In this document: one piece after another, positions 1 to 12,340 of the stretch
Layout: the number at the start of each line of letters is the position of its first letter
Numbering within the stretch: the first letter of the stretch is position 1
Source of the DNA: Vicinamibacteria bacterium
GTDB lineage: Bacteria > Acidobacteriota > Vicinamibacteria > Vicinamibacterales > JAENWD01
Assembly: GCA_963787035.1 (NCBI GenBank)
Contig: CAWBBN010000029.1
Coordinates: 20,617 to 84,616 of the forward strand
Length of the DNA stretch: 64,000 nt
Direction of reading: 5' to 3'
The notes under the pieces: model-generated
Seen by the model: the letters and a program-made list of their open reading frames with translations, nothing else
Database searches by the model: none
What the model was told of the DNA's origin: nothing
Position numbers and translations under genes: made by a program

Positions 1-546
1 ATCACCATGAAGATCCGGACCTGCGACGCGATGGGCGCCAGCTCGGGGCTCTGCGAGACGTCGAAGCCGCCGTAGGTGAACGGACCCAGCTGGAATTCCC
101 GTCCAGGGAACAGCCAGATCATTCCGCCGTCGGGGAGATGGTGCCCGGCGAACTTGACCTTGTATTCGAAGTACTTGATGACGAGGAAGACGACGCCCAG
201 GACGCCGGTGGCGATGAGCAGCCACACCGTCTGGTTCCTCTTCCCGAGCTGCGCGGCGTGCACCGCCATCGCCACCGTCAGGGACGACGCCGATGAGGAC
301 GACGGTGTTCGTGCCGCCGAGCGTGATGTCGAGCTCGCTGCTCGCGGCCGCGAACCCGGGGAAGTACCACATCCGGTAGAGCATGTAGGCGGCGAACATG
401 CCGCCGAAGAACATGATCTCCGTGACGAGGAACACCCACATCCCGAAGGTCGCAGTCTCCTTCTGCTGCGCCATCGAGTCGAAATGGTGCATCTGCCGCG
501 GATGGTGCGCGGCGTGCAGCCCCTGAGTCAGCGCCGCGTCAGACAA
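1..546 (-). pseudogene. ctaE: cytochrome c oxidase subunit III, 5' part (gene runs off the left edge); 1 apparent frameshift near 285-295
   Basis: Own minus-strand translation: (TTG)SDAALTQGLHAAHHPRQMHHFDSMAQQKETATFGMWVFLVTEIMFFGGMFAAYMLYRMWYFPGF..NTVVLI, 1-nt shift, SSLTVAMAVHAAQLGKRNQTVWLLIATGVLGVVFLVIKYFEYKVKF. This is the heme-copper oxidase SU III pattern. The start overlaps the ctaD stop. Absent from the ORF track because no stop lies inside the window. Confidence 0.85.
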
Positions 547-2176
547 CCTTGACCTCCTCGTGGTGCCCGTACTGGTGCGTCGCCTCGGTGACGATCGGCG
601 TCGTGTCGAAGTTGAACGTGGGCGGCGGTGAGGTCGTCTCCCACTCGAGGCCCTTGGCGCCCCACGGGTTGTCGCCCGCCGGCTTGCCGTAGAACCACGC
701 CCAGGTCAGATAAATCATCGGCAGCAGGTAGCCCACGCCGAGCACGGTGGCGCCAGCCGTCGACAGGACGTTGTAGACCTGGAACTCCGGCGGATACATC
801 GCATAGCGCCGCGGCATCCCGATGTAGCCGACGATGAACTGGGGCAGGAACGTCAGGTTGAACCCGATGAAGACGATGCACCGCGCTCAGCCGCGCCCAC
901 GCCTTCGGGATAGAGCCGGCCGCTGATCTTCGGCCACCAGTAGTGAAGGCCGCCCAGATACGCCATCAGCGTGCCGCCGACCATGATGTAGTGGAAGTGC
1001 GCGACGACGAAGTAGGTGTCGGTCAGGTGGACGTCGAGGCCGATGGCCGCCAGGAACAGGCCCGTCAGGCCGCCGATCAGGAAGAGCCCGATGAACCCGA
1101 AACGCGTAGAGCATCGGCGTGTCGTAGGAGATGGAGCCCTTGTAGAGCGTCGCCGTCCAGTTGAACGTCTTGACCGCCGACGGCACGCCGACCAGATACG
1201 TGATGATCGAGAACACCAGGCCGGCGTAGGGCGTCTGGCCGGCGACGAACATGTGGTGGCCCCAGACGAGGAAGCCGATGATCGCGATGGCCAGGCTCGA
1301 GAACGCCACGAAGCTGTAGCCGAACACGTTCTTGCGCGCGCCCGGCGCGATCAGCTCCGACATCACGCCCATCCCCGGCAGCACCATGATGTAGACGGCC
1401 GGGTGCGAGTAGAACCAGAACAGGTGCTGGAAGAGGACCGGGTCGCCGCCAATCGACGGGTCGAAGATGCCGACGCGAAGCACGCGCTCGAACGCCATCA
1501 GCAGCACCGTGATGGCGATGACCGGCGTGCCGAGCACCATGATCAGGCTGGTCGCGTAATGCGCCCAGATGAAGAGCGGCAGCCGGAACCAGGTCATGCC
1601 GGGCGCGCGCATCCGGTGCATCGTGACGATGAAGTTCAGGCCGGTCAGAATCGACGAGAAGCCGGTAATGAAGACGCCAACGCCCGCCGTCAGCACGCGG
1701 CTGTTCGACGACATCGAGCTGTAGGGCGTGTAGAAGGTCCAGCCAGTGTCCACGCCGCCGCCGACGAGCGCCGCCAGCGCGAAGAGCCCGCCCAGGACGT
1801 AGATGTACCAGCTGAGCAGGTTGATCTTCGGGAACGCGAGGTCCTTGGCGCCGATCATGATCGGCACGCAGGAAGTTGCCGAGCGTCGCGGGGATCGACG
1901 GGATCAGGAAGAAGAACACCATGATCACGCCGTGCATGGTGAACACCTTGTTGTAGGTGTCCGAGCCCATGAGCGTCGCCGGTCGGCGATCAGGAGCTGC
2001 AGCCGGATCAGCAGAGCGAAGAACCCGCCGAGGAAGAAGAAGGCCGTGATCGAGAACAGGTAGAGCAGCGCGATCCGCTTGTGGTCGGTCGTCAGCAGCC
2101 AGCTCTTGACGCCCTCTGGCTCGTTCAGGTAATGGCGTGCTGGAAATGCCGCCCGTGCCGCGTCAGTTGTCGTCAT
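539..2176 (-). pseudogene. ctaD: cytochrome c oxidase subunit I (>=5 apparent frameshifts as assembled)
   Basis: Fragments in all three minus frames join into one SU I: [41 protein letters not shown] (tail of ORF 1925-2464), [32 protein letters not shown] (1077-1970), [49 protein letters not shown] (887-1867), [20 protein letters not shown] (unlisted frame), GMPRRYAMYPPEFQVYN (539-817). Confidence 0.95.
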
Positions 2177-3194
2177 GGCTCTCGTTCCTAACTTCGTCGG
2201 ACAGGCGTTGGCGTGGCCGGGCTCGCGCCTGCGCCGCCAGTTCTGCCGATCCGGCGCCGCTGCCGGCAGCGACTTGATGTACTCCGTCAGCGCGAGGATC
2301 TGCTCTTCGGTGACCTGGCCCTGGAACGTCGGCATGATCGGCTGGAAGCCGGTCACGACCTTCGCCGTCGGGTTCAGGATCGACTCGCGCACGTACGCCG
2401 CGTCGGCCGTGAGGGTGCTGCCGTCGCCGAAGTGCACGGTAGAGCCGAGCAGGCCGTTCAGCACCGGGCCGCGGCCCTGCGCGAATCGCCGCGATGGCAG
2501 GTGATGCAGGCGAACTGCGTGAAGAGCTGCTCGCCCTTGTCCGCGAGCGAGCCGCCCGCCGAACGGCGCCGCCGAGCCAGGTCTCGTAGTCGGCCTGCGT
2601 CATCACGGTCACGTGGCCGATCATCCCGGAATGCCGCGTGCCGCAGTACTCCGCGCAGAAGATGTGGAACGTGCCCGTCTTCGTGGCGGTGAACCAGAGC
2701 TGCGTGTAGCGCCCCGGAAGCGCGTCCATCTTCGTGCGGAACGTGGGGAAGAACAGGTCGTGCAGCACGTCTTCCGACGTCATGATCACGCGGATCGGCG
2801 TGTTCGACCGGCACGTGCAGCTCGTTGATCTCACGCTGCCCCTCGCGGTGCTGGAACTTCCACATCCACTGCTTGCCGACCGCGTAGACGTCGAGCGCCT
2901 GGTCGGGGACGCGCGCCAGCGCGAAGTACACGCTCGCGCCCCACACGAACATCACCATCGCGATGATGAAGGGGATGCCCGTCCAGATCGAGCTCGAGCG
3001 CCAGCGATCCATGGATCGGCTCGCCTTGCTCGTCCGGGTGACGCCGGCGGTACTTGATGGCGAAGAAGACGACCAGCACCGATGACGAGCACGGCGAAGA
3101 AGCCGCTGGTGGCCAGCATGAAGAAATACAGGTTGTCCACGCGGGAGGCCAGCGTGGAGGCCTGTTCGGGGAAAAACTGGATGCTCGGTGCCAT
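2163..3194 (-). pseudogene. ctaC: cytochrome c oxidase subunit II with fused C-terminal cytochrome c domain (caa3 type; about 6 apparent frameshifts)
   Basis: MAPSIQFFPEQASTLASRVDNLYFFMLATSGFFAVLVI / VFFAIKYRRRHPDE / [32 protein letters not shown] / [58 protein letters not shown] (CuA site) / [14 protein letters not shown] (heme c CxxCH) / [28 protein letters not shown]. The stop overlaps the ctaD start. Confidence 0.93.
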
Positions 3195-3229
3195 GTGCTC
3201 TCGTGGGGTCGTCGATCGCCGCGCCGAAG

Positions 3230-4100
3230 CTAGCGCCCGGCGTCCGACGGGAGTGGCCCTCTCCGCTCCCGCCTTCGCATCATCACGACGGTCCCGCCAA
3301 TGACCAGCAGCGTCGCCACGCCGGCCGGTCCGCACCATCCGCATCACCGCGAGGCTGTACTTGCCGCTCGACGGGTCGTAGTGGAAACAGGCCAGCAGCA
3401 GCTGGTCGACCGGGCTGCCGATCTTCCGATCCGCCGACTCGATCAGCGCCAGCGTCAGATCGCGCGGCCCGTACTCGATGCCGTAGAAGTAACGCGACAG
3501 CCGGCCGTCCGGCGTCACGACCATGATCCCGCTGGCGTGCGCGTACTGCCCGACCGCCTTGTTGTAGGCGTACCGGAAGCCGACCGCGCGCGTCAGCACG
3601 GAGATCTCCGGCTCGTTCCCCGTCAGGAAGTGCCATCCTTCAGCGGCGCCGTCGCGGCGGTACCGCGCTCACGTAGTTCGCCTTCTTCGCGCTCGCGAGC
3701 TCCGGCGTATCGCGCGGATCGAAGCTCACCGTGACGACGTCGAAGTCCTTCCCGATCGAAAAGTTCAGCGTGCTCAGCGCGCCCGTCAGCCCGTTCAGCA
3801 CCTCGGTGCAGAGCATCGGGCACTCGAAGTAGTTCAGCGTCAGGATCACCGGCCGGTTGCCGAAGTAGTCGCCGAGCTTCACGGTGCGGCCGGACTCGTC
3901 CTTGAACGTCAGGTTCAGCGGAATCTGCGCGTTCAGCTTCTGATCGAGGCCGACTTCCTGCAGCAGCTCCGGCATCCCGCCTGGGCCGGCACACCGGCGC
4001 CCACGCGCTCGCCGGGCGCCGGGCCCAGGTCCTGGGCACGGCTCGCCGACGGCGTCAGCGCCGCGAGAGCCACGATGAAGGCGACTACTCGAACTCGCAT
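3230..4100 (-). pseudogene. SCO1/SenC family copper chaperone / thiol-disulfide protein (>=3 apparent frameshifts)
   Basis: Signal-like MRVRVVAFIVALAALTPSASRAQ, then PELLQEVGLDQKLNAQIPLNLTFKDESGRTVKLGDYFGNRPVILTLNYFECPMLCTEVLNGL (CxxxC), FDVVTVSFDPRDTPE, GFRYAYNKAVGQYAHASGIMVVTPDGRLSRYFYGIEY, and a C-terminal TM VATLLVIGGTVVMM. Sits between the ACIII and cta genes. Confidence 0.85.
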
Positions 4101-4149
4101 CACGTCCGTCAGTGCTTCTCCGCCGCCGGCCCCTTGGCGCGCTCGGGCG

Positions 4150-4583
4150 TCACGGAGTCCCCCGGACCCATCTGACCTGCCTCACCTGCGGACCTGCGGG
4201 ACCTGCCTGGCGATACGGCAGACCCTTTTCGGCAAGCACGTCAATCGCGCGCTCGATCGGAATCCGGACGACGCCGGCGTTCTGATCGACCCACGCGTAG
4301 TGGTCGAGCACCTTGTTCTCTTCCTTCCGCAGCTCCTTGATGTCGTCGAACGGATAGGTCTGCAGCCGCGGCGGCGGCGGCAGCGGGCGGACGATGCCCT
4401 CAGCGAGCGGATAGCGGCCCGCCTTCTCGGCCATCTCGCGGGCGTCGAGATACTTGTAGAGGCCGATCGACGAGGGCGCGCAGACGATGACGATCGCCGC
4501 CAGGAACATGGCGAAGCGGACCAGCGGGCCGATCTCGGCGTCGGTGGTTCGTGGCCGACGAAATCGGCGTTGCGCTCGCTCAT
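4150..4583 (-). pseudogene. small single-pass membrane protein of unknown function, ACIII/oxidase-associated (1 apparent frameshift near 4540)
   Basis: MSERNADFVGHEPP / shift / DAEIGPLVRFAMFLAAIVIVCAPSSIGLYKYLDAREMAEKAGRYPLAEGIVRPLPPPPRLQTYPFDDIKELRKEENKVLDHYAWVDQNAGVVRIPIERAIDVLAEKGLPYR. One TM segment followed by a soluble domain. The last ~20 codons are the 4172-4207 repeat. Confidence 0.6.
4172..4207. repeat. four degenerate 8-9 nt tandem units with core GACCTGC
   Basis: ctgacctgc ctcacctgc ggacctgc gggacctgc, read directly. Lies in the last codons of ORF 4150-4509, about 70 nt upstream of the SCO start. Confidence 0.7.
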
Positions 4584-4598
4584 CGGGCTGCTCGGATC

Positions 4599-4635
4599 GG
4601 ACTACAGACTACGGACTACAGACTACGGACTACGG
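4599..4635. repeat. heptamer tandem array (GGACTAC/AGACTAC) x5.3 filling the actF - small-gene spacer
   Basis: GGACTAC AGACTAC GGACTAC AGACTAC GGACTAC GG, read directly. Bounded by the actF stop (4636-4638) and the next start codon (4583). Confidence 0.9.
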
Positions 4636-5825
4636 TCAGTGCCCGTGGCTCTCGAGCACTTCGGCCAGGCCCTGATCGCCGAGCGGCAGCAGCGGTCGCG
4701 AGCCCAGCTGCCAGAGGAACACGGCAATCCAGACGCCGCCGATCGCCAGAGGCGTGACGAAGTTCATCCAGCTCAAGCGCCGGCGCGGCGTGTCCGTCGC
4801 GCGGGCCCATCAGCCAGAAGAGATCCACGAAGCGCATCGCGATGATGTAGAGCGCGACAAGCGCCACGGCGGCGCCGCGCTTCAAGTCGCGGTTCAGCAA
4901 GCAGCAGGAACGGCAGCACGAAGTGGCCGAGGATGACGCAGCGCGCTGAGGTACACCCACGCGCCCTCGATGCGCGTCAGGTAGAACGCGATCTCCATCG
5001 GGCAGGTTGGCCGACCAGATGATCAGGAACTGCGAGAACTGAAAATAGGCCCACAGCATGACGAAGGCCAGCATCAGCTTCCCGAGATCGTGCAGGTGGT
5101 CGGCCTTGACGACGTGCGCGAACGGCTCGGCGCGGCGCCAGCAGCACCATCACGGCGATGGTGAACGCCATCGACGCGAGGCCCTGGCCGCCGAGCATCA
5201 GGATCCCGTAGATGCGTCGAGAACCAGTGCGGCGTCGACGACCATCAGCCAGTCCACGGAGGCAAAGAAGAGCGTGATCCCGTAGAGCAGGAGGCCCCCG
5301 CCGCTCAGCCGCTGCATGCGGAGCGCCAGCGAGGCATCCTCCGGCGCGGCGTCCTGCCGGCGCGACCAGCCGAGTATGGCGTAGGCCATGCCGGTCCAGA
5401 GCAGGAAGTAGAGCGCCGCGCGCACGTAGAAGAACGAGGTGTTCAGGTAGGCCGCCCGGTGCTGCAGGATCGCATCGGTGGCGACCTCCTCGGGACGCGC
5501 CCAGGGGTACAAGTAGCGCGCGCCGAAGGCGACCGGCAGGAACACCAGCCGCCATGAGCGGCAGCGTCCGGCTCGAGGCCTCGAACACCCGGCGCGTGAC
5601 CACGCCCCACTGCCCGCCCGACAGGTGGTGCACCATCATCCACGCCATCGAACCGAGCGACACGCCCCACCAGAACAGGAACGCGACGAGCCACGCGCGA
5701 TAGAACTGCTCGGGGCTGCTCGTGAAGCCGAACGCGCACAACGCCAGGCCCACGACGCCGACGACGGCCGCCAGGCGCTGGATGCCGGCCGCGCCAGACG
5801 GCACGGCGTAAGTCGAATCAGTCAT
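4636..5825 (-). pseudogene. actF: alternative complex III subunit ActF, polytopic membrane protein (>=5 apparent frameshifts)
   Basis: MTDSTYAVPSGAAGIQRLAAVVGVVGLALCAFGFTSSPEQFYRAWLVAFLFWWGVSLGSMAWMMVHHLSGGQWGVV / FLPVAFGARYLYPWARPEEVATDAILQHRAAYLNTSFFYVRAALYFLLW / IYGILMLGGQGLASMAFTIAVMVLL / MLAFVMLWAYFQFSQFLIIWSANLP / LNRDLKRGAAVALVALYIIAMRFVDLFWLMGP / WMNFVTPLAIGGVWIAVFLWQLGSRPLLPLGDQGLAEVLESHGH-stop. Position directly after actE. Confidence 0.85.
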
Positions 5826-5829
5826 CGCC

Positions 5830-6450
5830 TCAGTGCTCTCCGTGCGACGGCGCCGGTTTCGTTTCGTCGACGGCGGGCTTGTCGAGCTCGCCGCGCTTGT
5901 CCGACGGCACGTCGGCCACGCTGGCCCGCTGGCTGTACTGCAGCGCGCGGATGTAGGACGCCACCGCCCACCGATCCTTCGGCTCGAGCTGCATGCGGTA
6001 GTCCTGCATGGCGCCGAAGCCGTTGGTCATGACGTCGAAGTAGTAGCCGACCGGCTGCGTCCGAATCTTGTCGTCGTGGAACGACGGCGGCGGCCTGAGG
6101 CCGCGCTGCACGATCATCCCGTTGCCCTCTGCCGTCCGCCCATGGCAGGGCGAGCAGTAGACGTTGAAGCGATCGTGCCCGCGCTCGAGCACGTCACGGG
6201 TCACCGGGAACGGGAACTCGTCGGCGAGCTGCCCGTTCACCTTGCCGGTGAACATCAGCTCGTCTTCGTTGAGGTGCCCGCGCGCGACAGTGCCTTCCGG
6301 CAGGGGCCGCATTCCGCGCCCGTCCGGGAACGCGTCCGTCTCTTCGTACGGATCGACGCGCGGCGCGTTGTGCATGTCCTGGCGGCAGGCGGCGCCGAAG
6401 ATCGTCAGCGCGCCAACGGCCACGAAGGCGGCGAGATGGCTATTCCGCAA
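5830..6450 (-). CDS. actE: alternative complex III subunit ActE, monoheme cytochrome c (intact ORF)
   Basis: 206-aa ORF with a lipoprotein-like N-terminus [16 protein letters not shown] and a single heme site CSPCH. Also [16 protein letters not shown] and [12 protein letters not shown]. Overlaps the actD stop. Confidence 0.9.
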   Translation of the reverse strand: MRNSHLAAFVAVGALTIFGAACRQDMHNAPRVDPYEETDAFPDGRGMRPLPEGTVARGHLNEDELMFTGKVNGQLADEFPFPVTRDVLERGHDRFNVYCSPCHGRTAEGNGMIVQRGLRPPPSFHDDKIRTQPVGYYFDVMTNGFGAMQDYRMQLEPKDRWAVASYIRALQYSQRASVADVPSDKRGELDKPAVDETKPAPSHGEH

Positions 6451-6991
6451 CGTCGGTCACTCCGAGCGGGTGCAGGCCCTCGAGAAACTGTCTCGTGCCC
6501 GGCCGCGTCGAACTTCGGATCGGCCGTCTCGACGCACCAGGAAGAACCGGTCGGCCGACGCGTTCGAGAAGTTCGGCGCGTTGAACACCGGGTGATACGG
6601 CTGCGGCAGCCCGTTCAACGTGATCATCCCCACGACCGCGGTGATCGACGCGCAGAGAATCGTCGTCTCGTACGCGGGAATCACGAAGTCGGGCCAGCTC
6701 GCGAACGGCCGGCCGCCGATGTTCAACGGGTAGTCGATCACGGAAACCCAGTACTCGAGGGCGAAGCCGCCGAGCATGCCGCCGATGCCCGCCGAAGAAG
6801 ACGAGCCACGGCAGCTTCGTGCGCGGCAGCTTCAGCGCCGCGTCGAGCTCGTGAATCGGGAACGGCGTGTAGGCGTCGACCTTCGCGTAGCCGGCCTCGC
6901 GGGCCTTCCGCGCGGCCGACACGATTGCCGTCGCCGAGTCGAACTCGGCCATCAGGCCGTACAGCTTGGGCGTGTCATCCACGTGGTGCAT
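6440..6991 (-). pseudogene. actD: alternative complex III subunit ActD (2 apparent frameshifts)
   Basis: [68 protein letters not shown] / [80 protein letters not shown] / [19 protein letters not shown]-stop. Confidence 0.88.
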
Positions 6992-7002
6992 GTCAGTGCC
7001 GC

Positions 7003-8430
7003 CTAGTGGGCGCCCTCCGACTTGATCTTCGCGGCCGGCACGATCGTCCGCATCTCGAACATCGAGATCATCGGGAGCAGGCGCAGGAAGATGAACATCA
7101 GCCACGTGAACAGGCCCAGCGTGCCGATGTAGGTCATCCAGTCCCACATCGTGCCCGCATACATGCCCCACGCCGACGGCAGGAAGTCGCGGCTCAGGCT
7201 CGTCACGACGATGACGAAGCGCTCGAGCCACATGCCGACGTTGACGACCAGCGCGATGCAGAACAGCAGCGGGATGTTCGTCCGCACCTTCTTGAACCAC
7301 AACGTCTGCGGCATGATGCCGTTGCAGAAGATGAGGAACCAGTACATGTACCAGTAGTTGCCGGTCATCCGGTTCGCAGATCATGAAGCCTTCGTACGGG
7401 CTGCCGCTGAACCAGCCCATGAACGCCTCGACCGAGTAGCCGTAGAGCACGATGAGGCCGGTGCACAGCATGACCTTGGCACAGTTCTGGATGTGCCGCA
7501 TCGTGATGAAGTCTTCCATCCCGTAGTACGCGCGGATGGGAATGGCGAGCGTGAGCACCATCGCGAAGCCGGAGTAGATGGCGCCGGCGACGAAGTACGG
7601 CGGGAAGATCGTCGTGTGCCAGCCCGGCACGATCGCCACCGCGAAGTCGAAGCTCACGACCGTGTGGACCGAGAGGACCAGCGGCGTCGCCAGGCCCGCC
7701 AGCAGCAGCGACGCGGTTTCGTAGCGCTGCCAGTGCATGGCCGACCCGCGCCAGCCGAGCGACAGCACCCCGTAGAAGCGCTTCACCCACAGCGGCCTGC
7801 GCCCGATCGCGCATCGTCGCCAGGTCGGGGATCAGGCCGACGTACCAGAACAGCACCGACACCGTGGCGTAGGTCGACACCGCGAAGACGTCCCAGATGA
7901 GGGGACTGCGGAAGTTCGGCCAGATGTTCATGCTGTTCGGGTACGGGAACAGCCAGTACGCCGCCAGCCACGGACGGCCGGTGTGGAACACCGGGAAGAC
8001 CGCCGCGCACATGACCGCGAAGATCGTCATCGCCTCGGCGAAGCGGCTGATCGACATGCGCCACTTCTGCCGGAAGAGCAGCAGGATCGCCGAGATCAGC
8101 GTGCCGGCGTGGCCGATACCGATCCACCAGACGAAGTTGACGATCGCGAAGCCCCAGCCGACCGGGATGTTGACGCCCCAGATCCCGGTGCCCTTGATGA
8201 GCAGGTACGGACACGGCGAACAGGAACATCGACATCACGCCGAACGCGATCACGAAGCCGACCAGCCAGCCCGGCCGGAAGCCGGGCCGCAGGACCGCCG
8301 AGGTGATCTCGTCGGTCACCGAGCCGAACGAGTGGCCCGGCGCGAGCACGTCGGATTGCAGCCGCGCCACGCCGGCCGGGGCCGGGGCGGCGTGCGAATC
8401 CATCGGGGGTTGACGATCAGCCATAGACAA
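7003..8430 (-). pseudogene. actC: alternative complex III subunit ActC, NrfD/PsrC-like quinol-interacting membrane subunit (>=3 apparent frameshifts)
   Basis: [71 protein letters not shown] / [84 protein letters not shown] / [77 protein letters not shown] / [54 protein letters not shown]. Confidence 0.92.
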
Positions 8431-8437
8431 CTCGGGC

Positions 8438-11544
<3,107 letters not shown>

Positions 11545-11566
11545 GTGCGTCTCGTGCCGACCAGGC

Positions 11567-12217
11567 CTACCTGTGGCACGTGGAGCAGGAAGTCAACGAC
11601 TGAATCTGGTACGCCTTGACGAGCCGCTCGCCGACTTCCATCTGGTTGGCGGGCGGCACGTAGTCCATCTGGGTCACGAGCTCACGAGGCCGGACGTATT
11701 TCGCCGGGTTCTTGTGGCAGTCGAGACACCATCCCATCTGCAGCGACGCTTCCTGCCGCATGAGCGGCATGCGGTCGACGCGGCCGTGGCAGGTCGAGCA
11801 ACCGACGCCCTTCTTCACGTGCACGCTGTGGTTGAAGTAGACGAAGTCGGGCAGGTCGTGCACGCGCAGCCAGTGCAGCGGCTTGTCGTCGCGGAAGCTG
11901 GCACGCACGACCTCGAGGTACGGGCTCGTGATCCAGATCTGCGAGTGGCAGTTCATGCACGTCTTGGTCGGCGGGATGCCGGCCGACGGCGTCTTCTCGA
12001 CGGTCGCGTGGCAGTACCGGCAATCGATCCCAAGGCCGCCGGCGTGGTGCTGGTGGCTGAACTGCACGGGCTGCTCGCGCACCTCGTCCTGGTGCGTGGC
12101 GAAGGGCGAGCGGCTCAGTCGGTCGAGCGTGAGGAAAAGCCCGCCCGCGAGAAGAACCACGGCGATGATGCTTCCGCGCGCATAGCTATTGGCACTCGGT
12201 GGGAAAATCTGCGACAT
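11567..12217 (-). CDS. actA: alternative complex III subunit ActA, membrane-anchored pentaheme cytochrome c (intact ORF)
   Basis: 216-aa ORF with an N-terminal TM IIAVVLLAGGLFLTL and five CxxCH sites: CRYCH, CMNCH, CSTCH, CLDCH, CSTCH. First gene of the cluster. Confidence 0.92.
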   Translation of the reverse strand: MSQIFPPSANSYARGSIIAVVLLAGGLFLTLDRLSRSPFATHQDEVREQPVQFSHQHHAGGLGIDCRYCHATVEKTPSAGIPPTKTCMNCHSQIWITSPYLEVVRASFRDDKPLHWLRVHDLPDFVYFNHSVHVKKGVGCSTCHGRVDRMPLMRQEASLQMGWCLDCHKNPAKYVRPRELVTQMDYVPPANQMEVGERLVKAYQIQSLTSCSTCHR

Positions 12218-12312
12218 CTCAGTCGTCTACATGGATCCACGGCCGGACTGGCTGAGGAGTGCGTTGGGAGGCCGCCTTGGAGGGGCGACGCATGCTCCGA
12301 CCGCCCGTCAGG

Positions 12313-12340
12313 AGTATCAAACTGCCAAGAGGAGTGTCAA
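12313..12340 (-). promoter_or_regulatory. candidate sigma70-type promoter of the act operon
   Basis: On the minus strand, TTGACA (12340-12335), a 16-nt spacer, then GATACT (12318-12313), about 95 nt upstream of the actA ATG. The -35 overlaps the stop codon of the upstream peptidase gene. Pattern match only. Confidence 0.3.

Noticed and set aside
5833-7386. Long plus-strand ORF (517 aa). The same class includes 9875-12394 (839 aa), 31789-33771 (660 aa), 36177-38159 (660 aa, minus), 52958-54904 (648 aa), 15216-16742 (508 aa, minus), 55534-57045 (503 aa, minus) and 56529-58097 (522 aa).
   Set aside because: These are Arg/Ala/Gly/Pro/Asp-rich low-complexity translations lying antisense to, or out of frame with, genes that have clear family motifs. 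They are typical shadow ORFs of GC-rich DNA, where stop codons are rare.
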